From assembly GCA_945885625.1 (NCBI GenBank), contig CAMCYS010000005.1, positions 3,410 to 67,409 of the forward strand: a DNA stretch of 64,000 bases, in the 5' to 3' direction. The position numbers and the translations under genes were made by a program. Source of the stretch: Bifidobacterium breve (GTDB taxonomy: Bacteria > Actinomycetota > Actinomycetes > Nanopelagicales > Nanopelagicaceae). The notes beneath the pieces are model-generated. The model was given only the letters and a program-made list of their open reading frames with translations. It searched no databases and was not told the origin of the DNA. Position 1 is the first letter of the stretch. Every line of letters starts with the position of its first letter. Shown here in pieces: positions 10,926-22,204 of the stretch.

Positions 10926-12080
10926 TTACTTGGCACCCATCAAGTGCTCAATTGCTAGCTGATCAAGTACTTCGTAGTGGTATCCGCGCTTGCCAGCAGT
11001 TTCAACATCGAGGAACTCGTTAGCGAGGTCACGCCATGTTTCACCTGGTGCAAAAGTTGATTCGGCTAAGCCTGGAATATTGGATTCGGCCATCGCATTA
11101 ATCACGCGTGGATCATTGCGGAAAGCTAATGCGCGCTCTTTTAGCAGCAAATAAGTGCGCATGTTTGCACTGGCTGATTCCCAAACGCCTTTATCGCTCT
11201 CAGTGCGAGCAGGCTTGTAATCGAAGTGCTTGGGACCGCTGTAGTTATAGCGTTCAAGAAGATCTACTAGGAAGAAGGCTGATTTCAAATCACCGTGACC
11301 GAAAACTAAATCTTGATCATACTTCGGGCCATGCTGACCATTTAGATCAATGTGGAATAACTTCTGATGCCAAAGTGCTTGCGCAATTCCGTGAACAAAG
11401 TTTAAGCCAGCCATTTGTTCGTGGCCAACTTCTGGATTAAGGCCAACCAGCTCTGGATGATCAAGCGAATTAATAAATGCTAAAGCGTGGCCAATCGTTG
11501 GCAAGAAAATATCGCCGCGTGGTTCATTAGGCTTTGGCTCAATGGCAAACTTAATGTTGTAGCCATTATCTAAAACGTATTGGCCAAGAATGTTAAATGC
11601 TTCGCGGAAACGATCAAGTGCCACATAAGCATCTTTAGCGCCATCTGATTCAGCGCCTTCGCGACCACCCCAAGCCACATAAATTTCAGCGCCGAGTTCG
11701 GCTGCTAGATCTATGTTGCGCATTGTCTTTTTAATTGAATAACGGCGAATATCACGATCATTCGAAGTAAATGCACCATCTTTAAATACTGGGTGGCTGA
11801 ACAAATTGGTGGTTGCCATCGGAACCTTCATGCCCGCCGAGGCAAGGGCAGCCTTGAAGCGATCAATATGTGACTGACGATCAGCATCGTTGCTTCCGAA
11901 AGGAATTAGATCGTCATCATGGAAAGTAACACCATAAGCGCCGCGTGCAGCGAGCTCATTAACTGTGCGAACCGGGTCGAGTGCATCGCGGGTTGCATCA
12001 CCAAATGGGTCACGGGCCTGCCAACCAACGGTCCAGAGACCGAAGGTGAATTTATCTGCGGGGCTTGGTGTTAAAGCCAT
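10926..12080 (-). CDS. xylA: Xylose isomerase (Streptomyces-like short type)
   Basis: [36 protein letters not shown] and HFDYKP metal/substrate motifs. Confidence 0.93.
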   Translation of the reverse strand: MALTPSPADKFTFGLWTVGWQARDPFGDATRDALDPVRTVNELAARGAYGVTFHDDDLIPFGSNDADRQSHIDRFKAALASAGMKVPMATTNLFSHPVFKDGAFTSNDRDIRRYSIKKTMRNIDLAAELGAEIYVAWGGREGAESDGAKDAYVALDRFREAFNILGQYVLDNGYNIKFAIEPKPNEPRGDIFLPTIGHALAFINSLDHPELVGLNPEVGHEQMAGLNFVHGIAQALWHQKLFHIDLNGQHGPKYDQDLVFGHGDLKSAFFLVDLLERYNYSGPKHFDYKPARTESDKGVWESASANMRTYLLLKERALAFRNDPRVINAMAESNIPGLAESTFAPGETWRDLANEFLDVETAGKRGYHYEVLDQLAIEHLMGAK

Positions 12081-12237
12081 GGATTGACCCTTTCGTACGC
12101 GCTCGTTTGTAACTATGTCGAATTTACCTCTAATCTTGCCCAGTATCTAGCGGACAGTAATCGGACATGTTTGATGCATGGCTAATTGGAATTCAGGTAG
12201 ATGCGAAACAAAGGTTAGGCACGGTAAGCACTCTTAA

Positions 12238-12318
12238 GCGGGAGTGGTGAAATGGCAGACACGCAGGTCTTAGGAACCTGTGTCTTCGGACGTGCGGGTT
12301 CAAGTCCCGCCTCCCGCA
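12238..12318 (+). tRNA. tRNA-Leu (anticodon UAG)
   Basis: GCGGGAG/CTCCCGC acceptor stem, CAGGT-CTTAGGA-ACCTG anticodon arm, long variable arm, GGTTCAAGTCC T-arm; CCA not encoded. Confidence 0.96.
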
Positions 12319-12412
12319 CACAGTATTTGATTTATCAGTTAAATCAATTCATTAATCAGATGTTCACTTAAACCCAGATAATTCTTTGAACGATGGGTTT
12401 AGCATTTAATCC

Positions 12413-12820
12413 ATGAGCAATGAAACAAAGCAGCCAACTGTTCTCTTCGTATGTGTTCACAATGCCGGTCGATCACAGATGGCAGCAGGTTTTATGACTT
12501 CGCTATCTGGCGGAAAAGTGCGAGTACTTTCAGCGGGGTCAGCACCGAAAGAGACCATTAATCCAGTTGCCATTGAAGCAATGGCTGAACTTGGCATTGA
12601 TATTTCACATGAAGTTCCTAAAATTCTTACTACCGAATCAGTTCAAGAATCTGATGTAGTTATCACGATGGGATGCGGCGATACTTGTCCATTCTTCCCA
12701 GGTAAGCGATATGAAGATTGGGTTCTGGAAGATCCGGCTGGCCAAGGTATTGAGCCAGTGCGCATCATCCGTGATGAAATCAAGCGTCGCGTGACGCAGT
12801 TGTTAGCTGAAATTATCTGA
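12413..12820 (+). CDS. arsC: Arsenate reductase ArsC / low-molecular-weight phosphatase family
   Basis: P-loop VLFVCVHNAGRSQMA, ITMGCGDTCP, W.LEDP.GQ. Confidence 0.85.
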   Translation: MSNETKQPTVLFVCVHNAGRSQMAAGFMTSLSGGKVRVLSAGSAPKETINPVAIEAMAELGIDISHEVPKILTTESVQESDVVITMGCGDTCPFFPGKRYEDWVLEDPAGQGIEPVRIIRDEIKRRVTQLLAEII

Positions 12821-12879
12821 TTCAATCTATAGTTCAATCCTGATCAGTTATTTATTTTTAACAATGCGAGAAGGTTGAT

Positions 12880-13350
12880 ATGACAATTAAAGATATTGCC
12901 GCTGCTTACCGTAAAAGCACCGAAGAATTTGAAAAAGTAGTTGCCTCGATTCCGGACGATCAATTAGATACCAAACACCCTGAAGGTTGGTCATCACGCC
13001 AAGTTATTCACCATTTAGCTGATTCTGAAGCTCAGTCATATGCCAGATTGCGCCGCTTAATTGCTGAACCGGTCGGAACCATGATTCAAGGTTATGATGA
13101 AAATGCTTGGGCTTCATCAGCGGTATTAGGTTATTCCACCCTGCCAATAGATTTCTCGGTAAAAGTTTTTAGCGCTGTTCGAGCATCATCGTTAGTAATG
13201 CTTGAACGCTTAACTGAAACAGATTTAAGCAAAACTGGAGTTCACACTGAGAGTGGTGAATTCTCAATTGAAAAGTGGTGTCGCTATTACACTGCGCATC
13301 CAACTGATCACGTTGGCCAGATTGAGAAGGCGCTGCGCGGCGAAAACTAG
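12880..13350 (+). CDS. DinB/YfiT-family metal-dependent protein
   Basis: WSSRQVIHHLADSE and C-terminal H-x3-H (HPTDH) metal motif. Confidence 0.75.
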   Translation: MTIKDIAAAYRKSTEEFEKVVASIPDDQLDTKHPEGWSSRQVIHHLADSEAQSYARLRRLIAEPVGTMIQGYDENAWASSAVLGYSTLPIDFSVKVFSAVRASSLVMLERLTETDLSKTGVHTESGEFSIEKWCRYYTAHPTDHVGQIEKALRGEN

Positions 13351-13442
13351 TGGGTCAGTTCCATTCTTTGAGCAGAATTTGCCCATAAAGTGCCATGGTC
13401 ACCGTTAACAAGTTAGGCTCTGCTTAAGTTAACTAGCTGAGA

Positions 13443-14099
13443 GTGAGCGAACCAATGTCTAGTCCGGTAGCTCCACCAAAGTTACGTGGCTGGTTTCACT
13501 TAGGGGCAACTCCGGCGGTAATTATCGCTTCGCTCGTACTCTTTTTACTAAGCCGTAACTCAGTTAAGTTTGCAGTTGCGCTGTATTCGTTAACTGCGAT
13601 TTTGCTATTTAGCGTTTCGGCAATTTATCACCGAGTTCCCTGGTCACCGGCGAAGAAGAAAATTTGGCGGCGCTGGGATCACGCAAATATTAATTTGTTG
13701 ATCGCTGGTTCATATACGCCATTTGCCGTTACTTTGCTTGAAGGTCGCGATCGCACAATTCTGCTCTCCGTTATCTGGACTGGCGCATTAATTGGTGTTG
13801 CGGTTCGAGTCTTCTGGGTTGGTGCGCCACGTTGGTTATATGTAGCTAATTATTTAATTCTCGGTTGGGTCGCAATTATTTATACGCCACACCTTTATCG
13901 GGCTGGTGGCTGGTGGGTAATTTTGCCCATTATTTTAGGTGGCTTGCTCTATTCAATTGGGGCGATTTTCTATGCACTCAAGCGACCAGGACGCGAGGCA
14001 AAATATTTTGGTTTTCACGAGCTTTTTCATATCTTTGTACTAGCCGCATGGATCTCGCAGTATGTGGCAATCTGCGTTGCCATTTATCGATCCCGTTAA
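13443..14099 (+). CDS. Hemolysin III / PAQR-family membrane protein
   Basis: KLRGWFH, SAIYH, RWDH...IAGSYTP, GFHELFH; about 7 TM segments. Confidence 0.88.
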   Translation: MSEPMSSPVAPPKLRGWFHLGATPAVIIASLVLFLLSRNSVKFAVALYSLTAILLFSVSAIYHRVPWSPAKKKIWRRWDHANINLLIAGSYTPFAVTLLEGRDRTILLSVIWTGALIGVAVRVFWVGAPRWLYVANYLILGWVAIIYTPHLYRAGGWWVILPIILGGLLYSIGAIFYALKRPGREAKYFGFHELFHIFVLAAWISQYVAICVAIYRSR

Positions 14100-14211
14100 T
14101 TAAGCCCATTTTCACCCCGCATCAGCCCTGCGCTAACCCCACTTTTAGGTATGGCGCTTTTGCTCTAATCTAAGCCTTCCGTAAGTGTTTAAAGAGCATA
14201 AAGAGGTAGCG

Positions 14212-15042
14212 ATGGCCGAGAAGAACTCCTTCCTTAACTGGGTTGGATTTAAAGGCGAAGAGAGTAGTCAACCAAATTCGGTTGATCGTATTCGTGAGCT
14301 TGAAGCACAGCTAAACGACCTGCGCTCACGTCGCGACATCACCACGCTATCAAAAGAAGAATTTGAAATTCTGGCAACTGAAACTGCCATGACCATGATC
14401 AAGTCGGCGCAACTACGTGAAGCAAAAGCTCAGGCTGCTGCTGATCGCTTGGTAACTGAGACAAATCGTGCCGCGAAAGATGCACTAGAGAACGCTGAAC
14501 AGAAAGCTCGCTCAGTTCTATCTAGTGCCGAAACTCGTGGTCGTAAATATTTACAAGCAGCTGAATCTGAAGCTGAAGAAATGGTGGCTAAGGCTGAGGT
14601 TGAAGCCGAAACTCTCTTTGAAAATAAGAAGCGTGAGATTAGTACCTTGGCAACTGCTGCGCGTCGCGAAGGCGAGCGCATCATTACTGAGGCAACTGGT
14701 GAAGTTGGTAGTTATCGTCAGTGGCTTGCCAGTGTTATTTCGGAAGCTGAACGCCTCTACAAAATTCAGACTCAATCACTAGATCAAGCCGAGAATGCGA
14801 TTCAGCAATCACGTGCTCGGCTACAGAGTTCATTTGAACGGCTAGAACAATTACAAGAGCAAGTTCTTGCTAACTTAAATGCTGATGACACCGTTATTAA
14901 TCGTGGACCTATTCGTGTTGCCAGCGAACGCACCAAAGTTGCAATTGAGGCACCGAGGAAAACAAAGTCGGCCGCTCGCAAACCTGCCAAGAAAGCTGCC
15001 GCTAAGAAACCAGTGAAGAAAGCTGCTGCAAAACGTAAGTAG
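14212..15042 (+). CDS. Long coiled-coil protein (DivIVA-like repeats) with Lys/Ala-rich C-terminal tail
   Basis: Heptad-rich A/E/R/K sequence (AEQKARSVLSSAE.., AEAEAEEMVAKAE..); GAGG RBS before ATG 14212. Confidence 0.55.
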   Translation: MAEKNSFLNWVGFKGEESSQPNSVDRIRELEAQLNDLRSRRDITTLSKEEFEILATETAMTMIKSAQLREAKAQAAADRLVTETNRAAKDALENAEQKARSVLSSAETRGRKYLQAAESEAEEMVAKAEVEAETLFENKKREISTLATAARREGERIITEATGEVGSYRQWLASVISEAERLYKIQTQSLDQAENAIQQSRARLQSSFERLEQLQEQVLANLNADDTVINRGPIRVASERTKVAIEAPRKTKSAARKPAKKAAAKKPVKKAAAKRK

Positions 15043-15065
15043 TTTCTTACCGATTACCAAAAGTT

Positions 15066-16844
15066 ATGTCACCTAAAAAACCTGGGATCACCCATATCCC
15101 TGCGATCGATGGTTTGCGCGCTGTCGCAGTAATAGCAGTAATGCTTTATCACCTAGGTTTTTCTTGGATTCCAGGTGGATTTCTTGGCGTTGATCTATTC
15201 TTCGTAATTTCTGGGTATGTAATTACTCGTCTACTACTCGATTCAATTCAGCGAAGTGGTGGGTTAGATCTGCGAGCCTTCTATCTCGCGCGCGTGCGAC
15301 GATTGCTGCCGCCGCTGCTCTTCATGATTTTTGGTACCGCAATTTTTGTGGGGATCTGGGCGCCAGAAACCACCCGAAGATTATTAAGTGATGCCCCTTT
15401 CTCGATCTTCGGTGGCATGAATTGGTGGTTAGTTTTTCGCGAAACTGATTACTTTGAAGCCATTGGGCGGCCACCTCTGCTGCAGCACACTTGGTCACTA
15501 GCTGTTGAAGCTCAGTTCTATCTGATTTGGCCGCTCGTGCTGCTGCTGATTCTTAAATGGTTTGGCAAGAAGCGAATTCCTGGGGCTGCTCTATCAATCG
15601 CTGCAATCTCGGGCATTACGCTCTTTGTTGTCTCACTCTCATTAGATGCGGCAAACAGCTCGCAAGTTAGCCATATTTACTTCGGAACCGATACCCACAG
15701 CATTGGTTTATTCCTTGGTGCCGCTCTGGCAGTTAGCTGGATTCCGCAAAATCTAAAGAGCGAAGTTTCACAGCGCGCGCAAGATTTTGTTGATGGCATC
15801 GGCGTAATTGGGTTCATTGGAATCCTTGGAGCTTTCCTATTAATTAACGAGAGTGATCCCACGCTTTATCGCATAGCTTTCCCACTTGCCGGAATCTTTG
15901 GTTGTGCGATTCTTACTTCTATCGTGCACCCCGCATCTCGCTTTGCACCATTACTTCGCACTCGCACATTGGTTTGGATTGGCGAGCGATCTTATGCAAT
16001 TTACTTATGGCACTGGATTGTCTTTCAATTAACTCGCCCTAGCGTTGATATCGCTGGGCAAGATTGGGCGCTCTACACGGTGCGTTTCTTAATCGTTTTA
16101 GCGTTAGCTGATATTTCATTACGGTTAGTTGAACTACCAGTTCGAAGTGGTGCGGTTGAATCGTGGTTCCGCGGTATGAAGTATCGAACTAAGAGAGTTC
16201 GGATTCGGCAAAAGATTTCGGTCGCAGTTGGTATTATCGCTCTTCTCGCAGCAACCACAGCAATCAGTGCAAATGCAATCTCAGTTGCCGACCAAGAGGC
16301 TGCCGCCCTTGAAATAGAATTAACCCAAGAAGTTAAACCAGCAGCGCCCAAGCCGCTGGTTATTTCTAATGAAGGACTGCCTGATCTCTGGGTTACTGGT
16401 GATTCGGTAATTCTAGGCATCCGCTATGAGCTTGGCGATCTGCGCACTATCGGATTAATCAATGCGCGCGTTGGTCGTCAAGTGTCAGAGCTCTTAGAGG
16501 TAATAAAACGTGACAAGTTAGCTGTTGGTGATGCGCCAATTATTTTCAATTTAGGAAATAACAACGCACTAACTCGAACTCAAGTTGCTGAAGTTTTTGC
16601 TGAAGTGGCTAATCAAAGTCAGATAATTGTGGTGAACACCGCTGTGCCACGCCCATGGCGTGATGCGAACAATGCCTTAATAGCTGAATATGCAGCTGCG
16701 AATCCACGTGCGCAAGTAGTCGATTGGGCTGCAATCTCGCAGAATCGTCCGGATTATTTCGCACCTGATGGCGTGCACTTAAGGTTGGCTGGAATCAAGG
16801 TCTATGTGGCTGCAATTTTGGAAGCGCTAAATAAAACAACGTAG
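15066..16844 (+). CDS. OatA-like acyltransferase (AT3 membrane domain + SGNH domain)
   Basis: IDGLRAVAV, GGFLGVDLFFVISG, HTWSLAVEAQFY, SYAIYLWHW; C-terminal GDS..GNN..DGVH. Confidence 0.85.
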   Translation: MSPKKPGITHIPAIDGLRAVAVIAVMLYHLGFSWIPGGFLGVDLFFVISGYVITRLLLDSIQRSGGLDLRAFYLARVRRLLPPLLFMIFGTAIFVGIWAPETTRRLLSDAPFSIFGGMNWWLVFRETDYFEAIGRPPLLQHTWSLAVEAQFYLIWPLVLLLILKWFGKKRIPGAALSIAAISGITLFVVSLSLDAANSSQVSHIYFGTDTHSIGLFLGAALAVSWIPQNLKSEVSQRAQDFVDGIGVIGFIGILGAFLLINESDPTLYRIAFPLAGIFGCAILTSIVHPASRFAPLLRTRTLVWIGERSYAIYLWHWIVFQLTRPSVDIAGQDWALYTVRFLIVLALADISLRLVELPVRSGAVESWFRGMKYRTKRVRIRQKISVAVGIIALLAATTAISANAISVADQEAAALEIELTQEVKPAAPKPLVISNEGLPDLWVTGDSVILGIRYELGDLRTIGLINARVGRQVSELLEVIKRDKLAVGDAPIIFNLGNNNALTRTQVAEVFAEVANQSQIIVVNTAVPRPWRDANNALIAEYAAANPRAQVVDWAAISQNRPDYFAPDGVHLRLAGIKVYVAAILEALNKTT

Positions 16845-16871
16845 AAGAAAAGCTAAGTATTAGCTAGAAAT

Positions 16872-16907
16872 AAAAAAGACCCCGAGTTGTTACTCGAGGT
16901 CTTTCTT
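16872..16907. terminator. Bidirectional intrinsic terminator
   Basis: AAAAAAGACC.CGAG-TTGTTA-CTCG.GGTCTTTCTT between convergent genes. Confidence 0.75.
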
Positions 16908-16919
16908 ATTAATGGTTGC

Positions 16920-17795
16920 TTACTTATATTGACCAGGCAATCCGAAAATCTTGGCTGGTGCTACTTGACCATCTGAGTAAACGCTAGAAACTCGGAACTG
17001 GGTCCAGCCGCCTTCACTCTTTGCCATATCTAAAGTTGTTTGATCAACTGGAACTGTCGCAACGCTCTGCCACTCTTTTCCATCTGGTGCGATTTCAACT
17101 AAGTAGCCAGTTAAACCATCGGTTGCCGCTGGGGCAAGCCAACGTAACTTAACTCCATCAGCTGTACCGAGGGCAACAAATTTAGCTGGCGCTTCGATTG
17201 CTGAAACTGTTTCACCTGTTGATGCTGATTCAGTTGGTGTTGCAGATGCTTCAGCTGTGGCACTTGGTTCGGCAGATACTGAAGCCGTTGGCATTGGCGC
17301 TGCATCGTCATCATCAGAAGAAGATTGTGACCAAACCACAAAAGCTAATAGTGCGATACCAACAATTACCGCCATTACAACGCGGCTTGATGCGCCTTGT
17401 TGTGGCTTAGCCGCAGGTGTTGCTGGGCGTACAGGTGCTGCGGGTGCGGAAGGAGCAGCAGCACGAGGTGCAGTTGAAGTAACTGGAACTGCTGGAACTC
17501 TTACGGTTGCAGCGGTGGATTTTTTAGCAGCAGCTTTCTTGGCAACACGCTTTTTAGGTGCAGCTTTCTTGGCAACCGCTTTTTTGGCAACTCTCTTTTT
17601 CGCGACTGCTTTCTTCGCAACTTTCTTAGCTGGCTTCTTAGCAGCAGCTTTCTTAATAGTTTTTTTAGCAGCTGGCTTTTTTGCAGCGGCTTTCTTTTTG
17701 GCTACAGCTTTTTTTGCTGCTGGCTTCTTAGCCGCAGCTTTCTTCGCTGGTGCCTTCTTTGTTGCTTTCTTAGCAACTTTCTTCTTTACAGCCAC
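16920..17795 (-). CDS. Membrane protein with histone-H1-like AAKK/PAKK repeats, one TM helix and a C-terminal FN3-like domain
   Basis: About 95 aa of K/A repeats, P/A linker, VVMAVIVGIALLAFVVW, S/T/E linker, then VKLRWLAP..GYLVE..W..FRVSSV. Confidence 0.7.
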   Translation of the reverse strand: MAVKKKVAKKATKKAPAKKAAAKKPAAKKAVAKKKAAAKKPAAKKTIKKAAAKKPAKKVAKKAVAKKRVAKKAVAKKAAPKKRVAKKAAAKKSTAATVRVPAVPVTSTAPRAAAPSAPAAPVRPATPAAKPQQGASSRVVMAVIVGIALLAFVVWSQSSSDDDDAAPMPTASVSAEPSATAEASATPTESASTGETVSAIEAPAKFVALGTADGVKLRWLAPAATDGLTGYLVEIAPDGKEWQSVATVPVDQTTLDMAKSEGGWTQFRVSSVYSDGQVAPAKIFGLPGQYK

Positions 17796-17862
17796 GTTAA
17801 CTCCTTGGGTAGCGGTACGCGCGCAAGTAACGCACTCGGATAAGCCAAGGTTACCGTAGCTA

Positions 17863-18477
17863 TTAGAGCATTTCTAAGACAAACGGGGCTATTGCTCTTA
17901 GTGATTTTCCGCGATGACTAATGGCATCTTTCTCGGAAGCGCTCATTTGCGCGCTGGAAATAGTTAATCCATCGGGCCGAAAGAGCGGGTCATATCCAAA
18001 GCCATTCTTGCCGATCGGTTCATGGCCAATTGAGCCGTAAAATCGCCCTTCGCGGGTGACTTCGCGGCCATCGGGCATTACTAGCGCGGTCACGCAGATG
18101 AAGTAGGCGGTTCTTTTTCCATCGGGCACATGAATTAACTCCTGCAGAAGTTTCGCATTATTGGCAGCGTCATCACCATGAGTGCCCGCATATCGGGCCG
18201 AATAAATTCCAGGTTCGCCATAAAGCGCTTCGACACAGAGGCCACTGTCATCAGCGATTGCCGGCAAGCCAGTTTCAGCACAAATTGATCGTGCTTTAAG
18301 AAGTGCGTTCTCTTCGAAAGTTTCGCCAGTCTCGTCGACCTCGCTTGTTTCGGGGAATTTTTCAAGACCAAGCAACCGAATACTTCCGGGTGCTAACTCA
18401 TCGAGGATGCGTCGAAATTCTTCGATCTTGCCTTTATTGCGAGTAGCTAAAACCAAATCTTTCATCGTTACTCCCAT
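17863..18477 (-). CDS. rdgB: Non-canonical purine NTP pyrophosphatase (dITP/XTP)
   Basis: LATRNKGK, ADDSGL, PGIYSARYAG, GFGYDPLF, SHRG; follows rph. Confidence 0.93.
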   Translation of the reverse strand: MGVTMKDLVLATRNKGKIEEFRRILDELAPGSIRLLGLEKFPETSEVDETGETFEENALLKARSICAETGLPAIADDSGLCVEALYGEPGIYSARYAGTHGDDAANNAKLLQELIHVPDGKRTAYFICVTALVMPDGREVTREGRFYGSIGHEPIGKNGFGYDPLFRPDGLTISSAQMSASEKDAISHRGKSLRAIAPFVLEML

Positions 18478-18523
18478 AGCCGCAATCGTTAGATTTCTTC
18501 TTACTTTGTTCGTTCTGGAGATA

Positions 18524-19258
18524 TTACTTAGCTAGCGCTGCAGCTTGGTGTTTTCCTAATTCTTTACAACCAGCAACTGCTAGATCCAATAATTGATTTA
18601 GAAGTTCACGATCAAATGGCACACCTTCGGCAGTGCCCTGTACTTCAATAAATCTTCCGTCGCCACTGCAAACTACATTCATATCAGTATCTGCGCGGAC
18701 ATCTTCTTCATAACAAAGATCAAGCATTGGTACTCCGCCAACTATGCCCACACTTACGGCAGCAACTGAATCAGATAGCGGATTAGCAGTTGCTTTAATA
18801 TGACCTTGATTCTTTGCCCAAGTGATCGCATCAGCTAGCGCAACGTAGGCACCAGTGATTGCAGCGGTGCGAGTTCCGCCATCGGCCTGCAGAACATCGC
18901 AGTCAATTACAATCGTATTCTCGCCAAGTTCTTTAGTGTTAATGACAGCGCGCAAAGATCGACCTACTAAACGAGAAATCTCTTGCGTACGGCCACCCAA
19001 CTTACCTTTCACACTTTCACGATCAGAGCGGGTATGAGTTGCGCGAGGCAACATCGCATATTCCGAAGTAACCCAGCCAGTGCCACTGTCTTTTAGCCAA
19101 CGTGGTACCCCAGGTGAAAATGAGGCAACGCAGAGAACGCGAGTCTTACCAAACTCAACTAATACTGAGCCTTCAGCATGATCAAGCCACTTGCGAGTGA
19201 TCTTAATTTCACGCAGATCAGTTACTGCGCGGCCATCGTTTCGTGTGGTTGTCATCAT
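18524..19258 (-). CDS. rph: Ribonuclease PH
   Basis: [46 protein letters not shown]. Confidence 0.96.
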   Translation of the reverse strand: MMTTTRNDGRAVTDLREIKITRKWLDHAEGSVLVEFGKTRVLCVASFSPGVPRWLKDSGTGWVTSEYAMLPRATHTRSDRESVKGKLGGRTQEISRLVGRSLRAVINTKELGENTIVIDCDVLQADGGTRTAAITGAYVALADAITWAKNQGHIKATANPLSDSVAAVSVGIVGGVPMLDLCYEEDVRADTDMNVVCSGDGRFIEVQGTAEGVPFDRELLNQLLDLAVAGCKELGKHQAAALAK

Positions 19259-19319
19259 TTACTTAGTCGTCTCCGTTTTTAGTTGGTGAATATTTAGTTT
19301 TGTTAATTTCATTTGGAAC

Positions 19320-20120
19320 TTAAGTCAACGATTGATGTTCTACTCGACCAACTTCGGGGCCCAAGAATCTTCGCGCTAACGTCTCAAAAGCTACTGCATC
19401 ACCTGTTGCTAGGAAACGATGTGTTGCTGCGGTGCTGTTATCAGTGCGCAGCAAATCGCTTTCTACCAAGATGCGATAAAGATCTTTAGCAGTTTCTTCG
19501 GCGCTAGATACTAGAGACACGTTATTACCCATTACATATGAAATGACACCTGTCAACAGTGGATAATGCGTGCAGCCCAAAACTAAAGTATCAACGTCGG
19601 CTTTCATTACATCGGCTAAATATTCTTTCGCAATTCTTGTTATTTCAGTACCTGAAGTTTCACCTCGTTCGACAAATTCGACAAAGCGTGGGCAAGCAAT
19701 TGAGGTGATCGCTAAATGGGGAGCTGCGGCAAAAGCATCTAGATAAGCTGCGGAATCAATAGTTGCTTTAGTTCCGATCACTCCGATGCGACCTGAACGA
19801 CTTGCTGCAACTGCGCGACGTACTGCTGGTTGGATAACTTCAATTACCGGAATTGAATAACGCTCACGCGCATCGCGCAACATGGCAGCACTGGCGGTAT
19901 TACAAGCGATGACAATTGCTTTGACACCTTGGGCAACTAGAAAATCCATTAACTCAAGTGAAAATTCGCGTACTTCGGCAAGTGGACGGGGGCCGTATGG
20001 GCCACGCGCTGTATCGCCAATATAGAGAGTGGATTCATTTGGTAACTGATCAAGAATCGCGCGCGCCACGGTTAATCCGCCGACGCCAGAATCAAAGATT
20101 CCAATGGGCGCGTTACTCAT
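19320..20120 (-). CDS. murI: Glutamate racemase
   Basis: [23 protein letters not shown]; start at ATG 20120. Confidence 0.95.
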   Translation of the reverse strand: MSNAPIGIFDSGVGGLTVARAILDQLPNESTLYIGDTARGPYGPRPLAEVREFSLELMDFLVAQGVKAIVIACNTASAAMLRDARERYSIPVIEVIQPAVRRAVAASRSGRIGVIGTKATIDSAAYLDAFAAAPHLAITSIACPRFVEFVERGETSGTEITRIAKEYLADVMKADVDTLVLGCTHYPLLTGVISYVMGNNVSLVSSAEETAKDLYRILVESDLLRTDNSTAATHRFLATGDAVAFETLARRFLGPEVGRVEHQSLT

Positions 20121-20170
20121 GTATTGAAGTCTAACGGGCGAGATGAAAAGAGCGGTAAATTCTGGAAGGC

Positions 20171-21402
<1,232 letters not shown>

Positions 21403-21479
21403 GACTTAATTCTCTCTGGTTATGGTTGTTGATACAAATTGAAAGCAGATTTAATAATTCTGTAAACGGTTCTCTCTCA

Positions 21480-21902
21480 TTATGGAATGAATTCAACAGG
21501 CTCTTCAGTAACTACGCCATCGATAATTCGATATGAACGAAATTCGGTTGCAGGTGCAATCTCTTCGCGGGTAGACACCAATACATAATGCGCACCAGGC
21601 TCGCCGGCATAAGAGATATCGGTGCGTGATGGATACGCTTCAGTTTCAGTGTGGGAATGATAAATAACAATAATTTCTTCGTCGTTATCATCGACTTCGC
21701 GATAGAGAGCTAATAAATCTTTCGGATCAAATTCGTAAAAAGTTGGCGATGCCGCTGCATTGAACATAGGCTTTAAACGTTCGACAGTTCCATTACGACC
21801 GATAATGACTCCGCAGGCCTCATTCGGATACTCGGCCCGGGATTGGGCCAAAATTGCATCGACCATTTCTTGTGGTAAACGTAATCCGCTTGCAGCATTC
21901 AT
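21480..21902 (-). CDS. mec: JAB/Mov34 metalloprotease (CysO-cysteine peptidase)
   Basis: PNEACG and IYHSHT..EAYPSRTD JAMM motif. Confidence 0.85.
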   Translation of the reverse strand: MNAASGLRLPQEMVDAILAQSRAEYPNEACGVIIGRNGTVERLKPMFNAAASPTFYEFDPKDLLALYREVDDNDEEIIVIYHSHTETEAYPSRTDISYAGEPGAHYVLVSTREEIAPATEFRSYRIIDGVVTEEPVEFIP

Positions 21903-22204
21903 GTGCCGTTTTTGTCCTTTTTTGATAGTAACTCAGGCAATCCAATACCTGGCGGTAACCCTGTGGGTTAGCCCTTAATCCCTACGAAAGTAGTCTACCT
22001 GCCGAGAAAAACTTAAAAAAGTTGCGAATCAGTCGCATATATTCTTGCGAAATCCCTAATTCAGGCGCACCATTTACCTTGGTTCGGATAAAAGTTCGGT
22101 AGCCAGACGAGACTTTCATATGACTTCTCGTACGGTGACCGGAAGTTATCAGAACGCCAACCTCGCCCGAGGCTGGTTTTACCAAGCCCCACGGAGGCTA
22201 ATAA

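Noticed and set aside
12319-13350. Island integrated at tRNA-Leu (arsC, DinB)
   Set aside because: No integrase and no repeated tRNA 3' end found.
17257-17859. 200-aa plus-strand hydrophobic ORF (FLAAAFF repeats)
   Set aside because: Antisense shadow of the AAKK-repeat gene; the same applies to 56777-57073 and 57080-57277 opposite the Ala/Lys protein.
21903-22080. SAM or other sulfur riboswitch ahead of mec-cysO-cysM
   Set aside because: Minus-strand sequence lacks the conserved SAM-I/IV cores that I can recognise.
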